A stretch of 62,628 bases of DNA, the filler included, from Sminthopsis crassicaudata (Eukaryota): the NCBI RefSeq assembly GCF_048593235.1. It is 4 parts of 4 records of this genome, joined end to end, with 100 filler letters (N's around TTAATTAATTAA, not from the genome) between each part and the next. Parts side by side here need not be neighbours in the genome. Positions count along the whole stretch, not along the records: positions 23,906 to 51,836 come from NC_133621.1; 3 more parts are not named here. One strand, given 5' to 3'. The position numbers and the translations under genes were made by a program. Shown here one piece after another: positions 37,995-51,936 of this stretch. The notes beneath the pieces were generated by a model that made no database searches, had not been told where the DNA came from, and saw only the letters and a program-made list of their open reading frames with translations. Positions within the stretch are counted from its first letter, which is position 1, and each line of letters opens with the position of its first letter.

Positions 37995-38600
37995 AAATGT
38001 TTTTCTGTCTCCTTCTTTTCCTCCCTCATATTTTCTTCTTTCTCCCTTTCTTCTTGCTCTTCTTTCTCTCCCTTCTCTCTGTTGTCTCTTCCTGTCTTTC
38101 CTCCTTCTTGTCTGTCTTTCTCTCCCTGCCTCTTTTCCCTCTACATTCTTTTCTCTCTTTCTTCCTTTCTCTTCTTTCTCTCTCCCTCTTCCTCTCTCCT
38201 TTATTATAATAGAATAATAAATTATCTATATATAAACACACATATATGTGTATATAATATATGTTTTGTACACACACACACACACCAGGGAGTTGTTTTT
38301 TAAACCTTTACCAACATACCACTGAACAGCTGAACCATTAAACTATATCTATACACACATATACATATATGCTCATTATATAATTATATAATATATATGC
38401 ATACAAAAGTCCTGTGCCCATCCTTAAGGGTTTATTAAATTAATATTTAAAATTAAAGTAATATCAAAACATTATAATTTAACTAGAATATAAATACACA
38501 GTCATATATAGTATATATATATATATATATAAGCAACCCATATAAACATGTGTTTATTGTATGTAAATATACATATATCAGATTATATGTTTTATAATAA
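37995..38600. repeat. CT-rich followed by AT-rich low-complexity sequence
   Basis: Read directly. Confidence 0.9.
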
Positions 38601-41600
38601 CATAATATTAAATTCCTAGGGATGGGCAAAGGACTAATGTGAAGGACATTTTGTTAACAATGGAACATACATTATCAGAGAGTGAGGAGCTAATTAATTG
38701 TTCAATTCCGTGGCTTTTTAGATTTACCATTGGGAAAAGCATGGGTCTCATTTACCATGCCTGAAGTATTCTAATTTCTTAATTGCTACATTTTTGTTTT
38801 CACAACGGTTCACCAGAGTCGAGAAGAAGCTGCTGTTTTTCTTGGAGTTTTCTTTTTTTTTCTGAGTGTTAATCTGAGGATATTTTCTCCTATGATCCGA
38901 AGGCCAAAGAGGGTTCCAACTTGTTCCCATACCTGCTTTGGAATTTGGAATACAAGGCCGGGGGAGGGGGCATGAACAGGAAGGGTATAGATGTGGATTC
39001 TGTCTATGGCAAACCTCAGGAAACAGGAGTTAAGGAGGATATCTGGAAGTGTGAGTATCATAGGAAGGGGCTGTGGGGTTAAAATCCTGCCCCTCACTGG
39101 GCAGTCAGGAAGCCAGGGCACAAATGAACATCTGTGGGTTAGCCATCCTTCCAGGGCTGCTATCATGCAGTAGGTAAAGCCTGTTTCTGTCTCATTTTCC
39201 TCCACCTTCTTTATCAGCGTGCTTTCTTTCTTACCCTCCCTCTTAGACCTTGCACCTAGTTCAAGTCCTCACTGCCTCCTTCCCATCCAAACCTACTCTT
39301 ACTTGCCATTTTCACCTATGTGAGAATGTAAATTCCTGTTTGACCTGTCCCAGGGAGGTAACTGTACTTAAAGGTTAGAATACTTCACTGGAAGTGATGA
39401 AGCCCTTGGTACACATCTCGCCTCTGAGATTTACTGTCCATGTGACCAAGGATAACTGGTTTAATTTGTGGACCGTAGGTAACTCTCAAAGACTGAACTG
39501 CTAAAATGTCACACTGACATGACTTATTCCAAGATTAGCATTAGCTCTAATTCTAGAATAAGATGTCTCTTCTTATTTTATGGGTTTATATTTTATGGAG
39601 AGTGGAGAAGAGGTGAATTTCTTGACGTCCAGTAGGACAGTGGTGGATCTAGGCTTTGTCTTCTCTCCAGTTTTAGATCTCTCCAGTATATTTAGCTCTC
39701 CCTACTATTGTTACTGATTCCAGAGCTGATAGCAGAAGCAGTGTTGAGATTATACTGGGCATGGTCATTCATAAACGGTTCTCTGGACAGCAGGATGAGC
39801 ACTTTATCCAGTATACCACCTAACTCCTCAGTAGCCAGGGGAGGCATTATGGTCCCCATTTTCCAGATAAAAAACTGAGGTCCAGAGAGGATGACAATAA
39901 GAATATAAAGCACAGAGGGACGATATTAAAGGGATAAAGCTTGCAGGACTTTTGACTGATTCAGTGCAGGGCTTAGAGAGAAGGCTCTGGGTGGAGGAAG
40001 CAACATCACTTATTTAGGCAGCCACCAAAAAGCTGAGCCTCCATCTGTTCACAAGTCATCAATAATCGTGCCCTGCCTGGCTCTCACCCTATTACCGCTA
40101 TGCAAATCCCTGCCCAAACTGGGTGACAGCCGGCTCAGATTTAGGCAAAGCTAAGGACTGGGAAAGCTTTATAACCTCCACGTAATTGTAGGACATAGAT
40201 TTGGACCTGGAAGAGAATATAGAGTTCTGTCTATACTCTGTAATTTTACAAATGAGGAAAATGATCCAAAAGAAGATCACTATCTTGTCTGGAATCAGGA
40301 TCTGAACTCAGATACTTCTATTTCAGTATTTATTTTATTCCAGTTCCATTTCCAAGGTACCATGTCTTTACCTATTGGGGCTATGGTAAATATGTTTGCA
40401 TCTCTTGGGTGAAAGGTAAAGGAAGAAGAAGGTAAAGACAGAAAGGAGGGGCAAAAGGTAAAGAGTAAAGGCCACTGAGTCTGTGGGCAGAAGCACTAGA
40501 CAGGAGAGAGGGTTTGGGATGGAGAACAAGGTTGTTCCTGATACACTGACCGGAAGAGACTTCTCATCATTTAGTGGTGACTTCTCAGAGAATTACCCTA
40601 AACATTCTTCAAATAGACTGGGTCTTTCTTTGTACAAGTGGGAAAATATCCATTCCTTAAAATATAAGGGAATATACTCCTGTTTGGATGGGATAGAAAG
40701 TAAATGTGATGTAATTGTAGGTTTTAAATATGCTAATGTTTGTACTGAAAGAGAATTGTTTGACAGGTAGCAATTCTGTCAATAGAAACCTAGGTAGAAG
40801 AGGAGATGGAAGAGAAAAACAGAAACTTTCAGAGAAATAAGAAATGAAGATGAGAAAGAAATGGGAAAAGGGCATAAAATGTCATGAGTGGGTAAGGGTT
40901 TAAAGGTTGCAGAGAGCAGCTATAAGAATAGGCTTGTGAGGGAAGGGGTGGTTTATGGGAGCTGACTTGAGGTTAGTGCCCAAGGAAGAAAGAGATGAGT
41001 TTAAGGGAAATTTCTGTGGGTTTTGTGGCCGGGGGAACATCACACCTTGGAATGTTAGGGGGAATTGCCCAGAGATCAGTTCACTCGGCACTCTAGTTCT
41101 CCAGGTAAAGTCTAGCAAATTTAAACAAGAGGGCATTGGTTCCTCCTCCCCACCCCCATTCCCCAGTAACTAGGGGAACCGAAAGGGGTTCTGGGCTAAC
41201 CTGGAGGAAGCAGCCAGACAGAACCAGGAAGAGAAACAATGGCAACAAGTAAGCCTGGGGAGGAGACTTCAAACAAAAGGAGAGAGAATCCTTGATGTGG
41301 GGCTTGTAGGGTGACAGGAGGCCTCTTTGACCCGAAACCTAAAAAAAGGAAAGACCTTGTCATCCTAGTGATCAGAGCTAAGCCACAGAAGCAGCCATTC
41401 TGGGAGAGATATGCAGCGAAACTTTTTGAGGGCTATGTTTAAATTGTCAGATAAATTGAGCTGAATCAGGCTATGAAGCTGGTGAAGGGCTTCTAGAATA
41501 TAGTGCCATAGCAGTCAATCAGCAAGCACTTATTAAGTGCTTACTGCGGGCAGGCACTGTGCTAAACACTGGGAATAAACATAATTTCTGTCTTTGAGAA

Positions 41601-41689
41601 ACTCCCATTTTAATGTGGGAGACAGCATGCAAAAAAAATGTACATAATAAACACTGTATAAATGCTTATTCCCTTTTTCCATATTGAAA

Positions 41690-41918
41690 GGAAGACCGGT
41701 CTCCAGATATTCGAAGGAAGAGAAGCAAACATAAAAGAAAAGTTTCATAACAATGAAGTCATGATGTTTGACATATATATTGGATTATTTGCCATCTAGG
41801 GGAGGGGGTGGGGGGAAGGGAGGGAAACATATGGAAGACAAGGTTTTGCAAGGATTAATGTTGAAAAATTATCCATGCCTATGTTTTGTAAATAAAAAGC
41901 TTTAATAAAAAGAAAAAA
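41690..41918 (+). mobile_element. L1 3' end with A-tail
   Basis: gccatctaggggagggggtggggggaagggaggg...aataaaaagctttaataaaaagaaaaaaa. Confidence 0.8.
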
Positions 41919-44029
41919 ATTAAATTATTCCAGAATGCGACGGAATGGTTCAAAGGCCATAGGTACCCTTTTCTCTAGGTCTTAGGAAAAAAAGGCTGAA
42001 TGACAGTTACTTGTCCTTCTTGAAAGAGAGTTCCAGCTCCAGTTAAAGTTGGAGCTCCCATACTGATTCACAGTGAGGTGGGGAATAATCGCACTTTTGG
42101 GCATTGGAAAAGGAATCATCCCATGCAGGTAACAAAGTGACTAAGGCAGCTGGTGAGGATCAGCTCTTTCTAGCCCTCCTCAGCACCAGGAAGGGAGGGG
42201 GAGACAATTTTGGCAATCCCTATGGAAGCTGATGAACTTGAAATCCATCTTCTTGATTCTGAAGGGAGCCAGAGAGGGAGTATTTAAGGCATGCTATGTC
42301 CAAGGCAGAGTGAGATGCAGTTGTGAACTGGGGATATTGTGTGCATTTTTGGACTTAGAAGCTCACATGGACAGTGTGACCAAGGTTTTGCCCCAGGGAG
42401 TTGCTAATTGGAACAGGGGTTGGTTCCTCCCACTGTGCATCACTGTCCTCCCCTGCCCTGAGCGTCCCCACTCCAGGACCTCATTACTATGTCTCTTCCA
42501 CATCCACTTTTCTCTCTGATCCCCACTGGGCTTTAGAGAATATTTGGGAGAAGGGAGGAAAAAAGCTTCCTTCTCTACTGGAGTGAGTCCATTCACATTC
42601 AAAGATTGCATTCTCTATTTCTGACCAGCAGCCCTGCTTGAATGACTTATTCTTCTGTCCAAGCGTGTGTCGTTCCCTGGATGGTACATCCATAGGATCA
42701 GGAAAGCAGCGATTTCATCCTCACTTCGTCCCTGATGGGGCCTCTGTGTGCCTGGCTGGTCCGGGGAGCCCAGGGTTCCTCAGTCACTTCAGAGATCAGT
42801 GAGTGATGAGGCTGGCTCAGAGCAGCCCTGGAAGTGTCATTTGCTTAGTGGAGCACTCAGGAAGGAGGGAGACTGACTAACTCACAGTCACCTGCTTATG
42901 AAGAAGCAGCTGAGGGAAATTAATTCCCTTCCATCCCCATCTACTTCAGGAGAGTCCTGCAGATCCTTGACAACTCTGGCCTGAAGCTGGTTTTGTGGCA
43001 ATTCAATCCTTTGATTACATACTGGCAGCTCCCAGTGATTCCTGCGTCTCTGACTTGGATTCCAATGTAGCGACTCAGGGCTCCAGCATCACCATCCACC
43101 TGTTTTTCATTTGGTGCTCTGTATCCCTGACTCTTGCTCCAAAAGGCTGTCAGTGTGCCCAAAATTCAAAAAGCAAAAAAAAATCCACTCCCTTCAGCCT
43201 GCTTCTATTTTAGGGGAAATGAAAGAGGAGTGTCTCTTAGATGATGGGATCTGGGTACTCACATTTGCCCTCCAGAACTAAGCTCGTTGGATAGAATGCA
43301 CAACTGAATGCTCTCTTTCATATGGTCCTTTCATTCAGAAGTGGTTGAAAGCTTTTAAAGGTATGGATGCATCACAGGGGAAAAAAAGGCTTTGGATATT
43401 TTGGGCCTCTTGCATATACACCCTTCCAAGAACCAATTTATTCAAATAGAGAGAGAATTATGGCTTATTCTTTTGCTTGGAGTATTTTTTCTGAAACAGA
43501 GAATTCATAAAGCACTCAGTGAAACTTTGTCTGGATACACTGACCACCCTGAACTAGGCCCACTGACCACCTAAATAATATTTTGGATGGCACCACCAAG
43601 AAATGTCTATTAGACAAAATTTCAGTTGGAAAGCATCTCTAAGGCCAATCCATTATCTATCTACCAGTTGTAATTTCCTCTACATGTATTCAAATGTATT
43701 CTATTCAAATTTATAATTATATAAAATATCTTAATTGTTTCTTTTCTTGTTCAGTCATTTTCCAGTTATGTCTGACTCTTTGTGACCTTATTTGGGGTTT
43801 TCTTGGCAAAAATAATGGAGTGGTTTATCATTTCCTTCTCTAGCTCTATAACTGGCTCCAGCCCGATGGAAATATGCAGTGTGAATCTGAATAATTGACC
43901 ACTTCATGGGATTTCTTATTTGACTAATTAGGACCTAATTATACCTCATACCTGACATCCAACCATCTAGCCTTTGTTTGAAGACCTCCAGTGAGAGGGA
44001 GCTCACTAGATAAGTTCAGTTGTTTTTTT

Positions 44030-45140
44030 ATCTATTATCTATCTATTTTTATTACAGCTTTTCATTTACAAAACATATGCATAGGTAATTTCTCAACACT
44101 GACCCTTGCAAAACCTGCTGTTGCAAATTTTCCCCTCCTTCCCTCTATCCCCTTCCCTAGATGGCAGGTAGTTTAATACATGTTAAAATATATGTTAAAT
44201 CCAATCATATTTATATAGTTATCTTGCTGCACAAGAAAAATCAGATCTAGAAAGAAAAAAATACCTGAGAAGGAAAACAAAAATACAAGAAAACAATAAT
44301 AGAAAGTGAAAATGCTACGTTGTGATCCATACTCAGTTCCCAAAGTCCTCTCCCTGGGTGTTATGGCTCTTTTCATCATTGAACAATTGAAACTGGTCTG
44401 AATCATCTCATTGTTGGAGAGGGCCACGTCCATCAGAATTGATTGTCATACAGTATTGTTATTAAAGTATATAATGATCTCCTAGTTCTGCTCGTTCACT
44501 CAGCATCAGTTGATGTAGGTCTCTCCAGGCCTCTCTATATTCCTCCTGCTGGTCATTTCTTACAGAACAATAATATTCCATAACATTCATATGCCACAAT
44601 TTATTCAGCCATTTTCTAATTGATGGGCATCCACGCAGTTTCCAGTTTCTGCCACAAACATGTGGGTTCCTTTCCCTTTTTTAAGATCTCTCTGGCCCAG
44701 TAGAAACACAAAGGGTATGCACAGTTTTATAGCCCTTTGGACATAGTTCTAAACTGCTCTCCAGAATGGTTGGATCCGTTCACAGTTTCACCAACAATGC
44801 ATCAGTGTCCCAGTTTTCCCACATCCCCTCCAACATTTGTCCTTGTCTTTTCCTGTCATCTTAGCCAATCTGAGAAGTATGTAGTTGTATCTCAGAGTTG
44901 TCTTAGTTTGCATTTCTCTCATCAACAGTGATTTAGAGCATTTTTTATATGACTATAAATGGCTTTAATGTCTTTATCTGACAATTGTTCATTCCTTTGA
45001 CCATATATCACTTGGAAAATGGTTTGTATTCTTATAGATTTGAGCCAATTTTCTATATATTTTAGAACTGAGGCCTTTATCAGAACCATTAGATATAAAA
45101 TCTCTTTCCCAGTTTACTTCTTCCCAGTTACTCCAAATGC
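44030..45140 (-). mobile_element. L1 3' fragment with internal deletions
   Basis: Minus peptide DKGLSSKIYRKLAQIYKNTNHFPSDIWSKE plus L1 3' UTR ending near 44030. Confidence 0.9.
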
Positions 45141-47479
45141 TAAGAAGTCTTTCCTTACACAAAATGTTTATCTGCTCTTTTGTGACAGCTTCCACATTTG
45201 CTTCCAGCTTTTGCAGGGTAAACATTTTCACTTTTTTCAGCTGATCCTCTTCTAGCACAAGCTCAAGGCTCTCCACCATTCTGGCTGCTCACCCCTGGCT
45301 ATCCTCTGGCTCACCAAGGTCCTTCATAAAATATGGACCCATCAATACTTTCTGCTCCCTGCCTCCATCCTGGCAACAAATAGCTCTTGTGGTTACAGCA
45401 GGGATCCTTCCAGGCTGCTGGCTGGAATAATCTCATTTAGTCAATCTCATTTAATGAACTCTTACTCTATGTCTGACACTCTAGAAGTGAGAAAGGCTGG
45501 ACGTATGATTTCATGGGGAAACTCCAAAGAAGAAAACTCTTATCAATACAAACCAGTGCTTTCCCCTGAAATTTATAGTCCCAGAGATTTGCCCAGAGCC
45601 CCGAGAAGCTAAGTCATGCAGGTTACACAGCTGCTGTGTGTCAAAGACAGACCGTGACCCCAGATCCTTCTGGCTCTGTGGATGCTTGTTATCCACCCTG
45701 CCAGACAGCCTCTAGCAGCACCCTCAAGTTCCACTTATTCCATAGGAGCCAGGTGAAAAAAAAAAAAACAGAATCCCTGAGAGAAAAAACCATTAGGAGT
45801 CCTCCCACAGTCTCTATTGTCCTTGTTAACCTGAGTGGAAGAGAGCCTCCATGCTTCCATTCTGGAGATGGCTAGACTGAAGCCGTACTTATCACCACTT
45901 CTACCCCTCTTGACCACCTCAAGTGTACCCATCCTTTCTATTTTCACCTGCTCTATAAAGCTTTCCTTGATTATACTCCAGTTTCTTATTCAATTTATTA
46001 TCTTCATTACTTCTTTGGTACTTAACCGTTTTTGATTATCTTCAAATGGTTATTTTTTAAAATGTTTCAGTAATGCTTTTTGTTTTCTATATAATAACAA
46101 TTTCAAACTCCTCGGCACTGAACCCTTCCTTGGAAACAGTTAAGCAAGATGTCTTCTCTGATAACTGACCACAAACACGTCACTTTTCCTCAGTGGTCCG
46201 CTGCTTCTTTGCTAAGAGATAAAAGATAGGTTTTATTCAGGGTCATTACTGGTTTTTCAGTTACTCAGAGTTCAGCTTTTTTCTTCCATTTTTATTGTAG
46301 CCAGTGTGTATATTTTAGTCTGGTTTCTGCTTTCTTCACTCGGAATCACTTCACACACGTCTTTCCATGTTTCTCTGAAATTCTCATATTCATTATTTTT
46401 ATAGCATTCCATTCTCCTCATATTTCAGACTGGAGCTTTGATTTTTGTCTATATATGGAGCTCCTTCTACCAATGCAGACCAGTATCTATTCTAAAGTTA
46501 GGAGCCTTAGCAAGCCACAATGAAAGGAAAAGTGAGTTACCCTCACTCAGCCAAAAAGTGTCAAAGGCAGAACCTGGGTGCAATTTTTCCTCAATTGGAA
46601 GCCAGCTCCCCATCCACTATATCTTAATGCTTCCTTAGAGTCAACTATCTCAGCCTTTTCAGTCATTACCCAAATGACCTGAAGTGCTTATTTCACTATA
46701 AATTAATATTGAATTCTTCTCATATGCATCTAACCTTAGCCTCAACTTCCTCATCTACAAAATAATACACGTACTACCTACCCTTACAAAACTTGTAAAA
46801 GATATTGCAAAATGCTAGCTAATATCATTTATTCTGATTTCTTTCTCCCTAATGCAATTGTATTTTACTGGAGGGTATCTCTTACAAAACCTCCAATAAT
46901 ATGCATTGATTACCTGAATTGGAAGAAGGAAGGAAACAACACCTGTGTGATCAGATAATCAAGTTATATTAGATTTGGTATTTTATGGTAGTATATTTTT
47001 ATAGTTTCATATTTTGTAATTGTGTGTGTGAGATATATAGAGGAACAGAGAGACAGAGAAAGATAGAAAGAATTACAATATGGCTATTCCTAGAACAAAA
47101 TAAAATAATTAGATGTGAAAGTATTTTTAATTAGAAGCATTAGGTTGAAAGTATTATTATTTCACCTGTATCTATGTAATAATTAGATATTCTAAAATGG
47201 GTTTCTATTTTTGTATACTCCCAGGTAGAATGCTCTTTGTTTCTTCAATTCTCTTTCCCTATTACCTGCTACAAACGTTTCCTATAACCCTTTCCCCACA
47301 AACCAAGAATGTCTAGGTGTCATTTACTTTTCCACCCAAAGTTCTAACTTTGCTTAATAGGAAATTTTTTGGGGGGTTCATAAACTTATTGTATGGATGT
47401 TTATTTATGAATGGATGGTGTAGGGAATAGTCCCTTATTTTCCCATTCTTACTTTTTCTTGGCCTATCAAGCCCTATCC

Positions 47480-47670
47480 CAGGGGTTCTCAAACTACGGC
47501 CCTCGGGCCACATACGGCCTGCTGAGGACGTTTATGTGCCCCTCGGGGTTATGGCAAATGGGCTGAGGGGCGGAGACAGAGTGTGAGTTTTTGTTTTTAC
47601 TATAGTCTGGCCCTCCTGCAGTCTGAGGGACAGGGAACTGGCCCCTATTTTAAAAGTTTGAGGATCGCTG
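47480..47670. mobile_element. OC1/OposCharlie1-like hAT MITE, 191 bp
   Basis: 5' end CAGGGGTTCTCAAACTACGGCCCTCGGGCCACAT and 3' end ACTATAGTCTGGCCCTCC...TGAGGGACAGGGAACTGGCCCC...AAAAGTTTGAGGATCGCTG. 15-bp TIRs match 11/15. Decayed 8-bp TSD ccctatcc/ttctattc. Family assigned from memory. Confidence 0.8.
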
Positions 47671-48409
47671 TTCTATTCTTTTAGAAAGTGCTTAACTCAA
47701 AGAAAATTCTCCTACTCCCTTTCCAGGTCCAAAACCATTCTCAGATCACAAGGAACTGTTTGATATTTGGGGTCAATATTGCATGGTAGACATGTGTGGA
47801 AGCAGGGATGGGGGTCCCTAGAGCAGATGCCAAAACTTTAAGACTACATCTTCTTAATGGTCAAAAGACAAAATGATGATTTGATCTAACCTCCATCCTA
47901 ATTCTATATCAACTAGAACCTTATATCCTAAGTCTAATACAATTTTAAATCTATCAGGAAAAATTAAAACATGTTGATCTATCTATGAGCATTTATGAAG
48001 TGCTTCCAAGCACTATGGGTACAAAGATATAATTGAAACAGCCCCTGCTCTCAGGGAGCTTACATTCTGTCAGAAGAAATGTACATACATAAAAGACACT
48101 TTCAGACAATATTGTTATTCAGTCATGATTGACTCTTTGTGACTCTATGGACCACAGCACACGAATACTGTCTAAAAGATTTTCTTGGCAAGGATACTAG
48201 AGTAATTTGCCAGTTCCTTTTCCAGCTCATTTTAAAGATGAAGGAACAGAGGCAAACAAAGTTAAATGTCTTTCCCAGGGTCATACACTTAGTAAGTATG
48301 ACATTTCTAGAATTCAAACAATAAAAGATGTTGAGAGAGGGGGGATGTATTTTCTCATCTTTAATCTAAATATTATAATCAAACATTCTTTAAAAGTCTC
48401 TCTTTTAGT

Positions 48410-49255
48410 GTTCCAAATAACTACTGATCAGAGAAATGCAAATTAAGACAACGCTGAGATACCACTACACGTCTGTCAGATTGGCTAAGATGACAGGAAC
48501 AAATTATGATGAATGTTGGAGGGGATGTGGGAAAACTGGGACACTGATGCATTGTTGGTGGAGTTGTGAAAGAATCCAGCCATTCTGGAGAGCAATTTGG
48601 AACTATGCCCAAAAAGTTATCAAACTGTGCATACCCTTTGATCCAGCAGTGCTACTACTGGGCTTATATCCCAAAGAAATACTAAAGAGCAGAAAGGGAC
48701 CTGTATGTGCCAAAATGTTTGTGGCAGCTCTTTTCATAGTGGCCAGAAACTGGAAGATGAATGGATGTCCATCAATTGGAGAATAGTTGGGTAAATTATG
48801 GTATATGAATGTTATGGAATATTATTGCTCTGTAAGAAATGACCAGCAGGAGGAATACAGAGAGGCCTGGAGAGACTTACATCAACTGATGCTGAGTGAA
48901 ATGAGCAGAACCAGAAGATCTCTGTACACTTCAACAACAATACTGTATGAGGATGTATTCTGATGGAAGTGGAAATCTTCAACATAAAGAAGATCCAACT
49001 CACTTCCAGCTGATAAATGAAGAAACACTGGGAAGTGAATGTAAATTGTTAGCACTACTGTCTATCTACCCAGGTTACTTATACCTTCGGAAGCTAATAA
49101 TTAATGTGCAACAAGAAAATGGTATTTACACACATGTATTGTATCTAGGTTATATTGTAACACATGTAAAATGTATGGGATTACCTGCCATAGGGGGGAG
49201 GGAGTGGAGGGAGGGAGGGGATAATTTGGAAAAATGAATAAAAAAAATTTAAAAA
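48410..49255 (+). mobile_element. Relatively young 5'-truncated L1 (ORF2 C-terminus, 3' UTR, A-tail)
   Basis: ORF 48436-48786 [19 protein letters not shown]...[16 protein letters not shown]... contains the L1 ORF2 cysteine-rich domain. Confidence 0.95.
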
Positions 49256-51836
49256 AAGTCTCTCTTTTTGGCTAAATTGCAGCTTGGGAGAGGCAGAGAA
49301 TGCTATATTTCTCACTATGATAAGCATCTGCCCTTCCTTCTTTTTTCTTCTAGCCCCCCAATCATGGGCCATTCTGTATGAGGTCAATTAAGGTTCCATG
49401 TAAGAAAAACTTCCCAACAATTAGAATTATCCCAAAGTAGATTGAGAGTGTGTGGGAGGTAGTGCTTCCCCATCACTGGTGGTCTTTGAGAAAGGTTAGA
49501 TGACCCTTTGTTGGGAATGATATAGAGAGGATTCTAAAAAATATTCATGGGTGGGAAGACTAGATGGCCTCCAAAGTCCCTTTCAATTCTGAGATTTTCC
49601 GATTCTCTGGGATTGCCGAGCTCTCACGTGACCCAGACATCCATAAGCAGAACCAGAGCTCAACACAGATCTTCTGACCCAACTCATGTGTGAGCTCACA
49701 ATGTTCCTCTTCCCTAGATGCTCTTCAGGAAGACTCATTGTCCAGCTGCTTTTGAATCAGGAAAGCACATGCATACATATGTTTCTTATTATATCCTTTT
49801 AGAATATTAGGGAACTTGGGGCTGACAAGATGTGATTTTTCTGGACCACACAAAGCTCAAGTTTCGGATTGATCAATGATTATTTTTTAATTCCTGGAAT
49901 TATGCCATCGAAATAGTTCTTCTGCATCCTTAAGAAAAGTCTTCTCTGGGGGAAGCTCCAGACTTCAGTGATATCATTACTGCCTAGATCTCTTTTCCAA
50001 AAAGAACCAAACTCTTTGGAGTTTGATTGTTTTCTGATAATCTTCATCTGAAAACCATAGAAAGAAGGTAAAAGTTGATTATGTATATGCCATATTATTG
50101 ACATGTTTCTCTAGAAGAAACTGGTCAAGACTTAGTCTTCTATTTTTAATTAAGACTTTAATGGACACATTTTTATCTTTGTCTCTATATTTCTGGGTGA
50201 CCATCACAGTTTTAAAAATCACTCTCAAAACCAGACCTGATTTCAGATCCTGCCTCTGACATACACTCTGTTCTGTGATCTCAGACAAGCTACTCTCAGA
50301 TGCCTCTAGTATTGTCAACCTCAAATAGAAGTAGGTTCAAACAACTACCTATTGGCTTAGAAAACCATAAATTAGCATTAGGTTGTATGGTAATTTTTAT
50401 TTATTCTGTTAAACATTTTCTAATTTCATTTTACTCTGGAGTGGTCACATCTCAGATCTATATAATTCTCTTAGCATTTTAAGCCCCAGAGAAGGTGTTA
50501 TCCTGTATGAGTAGAGGGACTTTCCTTGTCTGGAAATTCCCTCAATCCCATGAAATCACAGGTTCAGTCTCTATCCCCTTGTTATTAGGAAATTGGGTAT
50601 CTGAACTCCAGAATTGCTCAACAGTCATTGGAGACAAAACTGAGTTCTGCCAATAACAAAAGAAAGTTCTTGGATTTATGCTTGGATGTGAAATGCATTG
50701 GAAAAAGGGGATTGAGCAATGAGTGGTTTTTCTTCTTCTTTCCTTAACTCCTTTGTTTATACTGGGGCCTACATCAGGAATATTACTTGAGCCTTTGGTT
50801 TCAAATACCACACATTTCCACCTTCTCCCAAGGAAGTATTACAGGCTCACAGTTACACAGGGGTGTGATCGGGAGGAAGAATTTTTCCTTTTTCCATCAT
50901 TTTGAGGTGAAGGACAAGTTTCCTCAGACACTAGAAAATTTGGGGTTTAGAGGGTAATTTTCTAGCAGGAATATATTTTATGGAATTTCAGACAGACAAA
51001 TACTGGTCACTGTTATTTAAAAAAAAACCTTCTCTCATAATAAGGCAAAAATCTCTCTTGTTTCTCTGATGGTTTGCAGCAATTCAATTCAATAGACATT
51101 AATTATCACAATGGACAAGACTTGGTGCTAGGCTCTGTGGAGACAAAAACAGAAAATGCAAAAGTTCTTGCCTGGAGCAGTGGATAGAATGTTGGGCACC
51201 TGGATTCAATTCAACTAGCAAGTTGTGTGATCATGGGCAAATCTCTCCACTCCTGTCAGCCTCAGTTTCTCCAACTGTAAAATGGGGATAATAATAGCAC
51301 CCATTCTCATATAAGTACGAGGAGGATCAAAAGAAATAATATTTGTAAAGTTACTAAATTCCTGGCACATAATAGGTATCGAGTTAATTGTTTATTTCCT
51401 TCCCGCTTACCTCTTCCATGCTGTTGAGAAACAATACACACAATATTTCTAAGAGAGCATTCCCAACTCAAAGATCAAGAAAGGTCTCACGTAGGAGGTG
51501 GTTTTTAAGCTGGGCTTTGAAGAAAGGCAAGGATTCTATGCAGCAGAGGTGGTGAGCATATTCTTGATGAATGGGACCACCTAGGTAAAGAACTTTGGGC
51601 AGGAGATGGCATGGGGATGAGAAACGGTCAGTGGATCAGGTTGTCCGGAAAGGAGAATGTATGGAAAGGATAGACACGACTGATATGAAATAAGGTAGGG
51701 AAGACAGGTAGAATCCAGGCACCAAAGAATCTGCAGTTGATCACAGCAGAAATAGAGAACCATAGAAGATTTTTGAGCAGGGGAGGATATTTTAGAAATA
51801 TCACATGAATCATCAGTGGATGAATTAGAAAGGGAA

Positions 51837-51936
51837 NNNNNNNNNNNNNNNNNNNNNNNNNNNNNNNNNNNNNNNNNNNNTTAATTAATTAANNNNNNNN
51901 NNNNNNNNNNNNNNNNNNNNNNNNNNNNNNNNNNNN
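51837..51936. other. Artificial contig linker N44-TTAATTAATTAA-N44
   Basis: 12-mer at 51881-51892. Confidence 0.97.

Noticed and set aside
30400-43160. Isolated exon-like stretches in piece 2 (~30400-30470, ~33650-33840, ~38750-38830, ~39700-39830, ~42940-43110)
   Set aside because: Some have AG/GT-like edges, but none gives a recognisable peptide or a consistent strand and phase chain. A homology search would be needed.
44989-45279. 96-aa ORF MVESLELVLEEDQLKKVKMFTLQK...
   Set aside because: A chimera of a CR1 3' remnant and an L1 ORF2 fragment.
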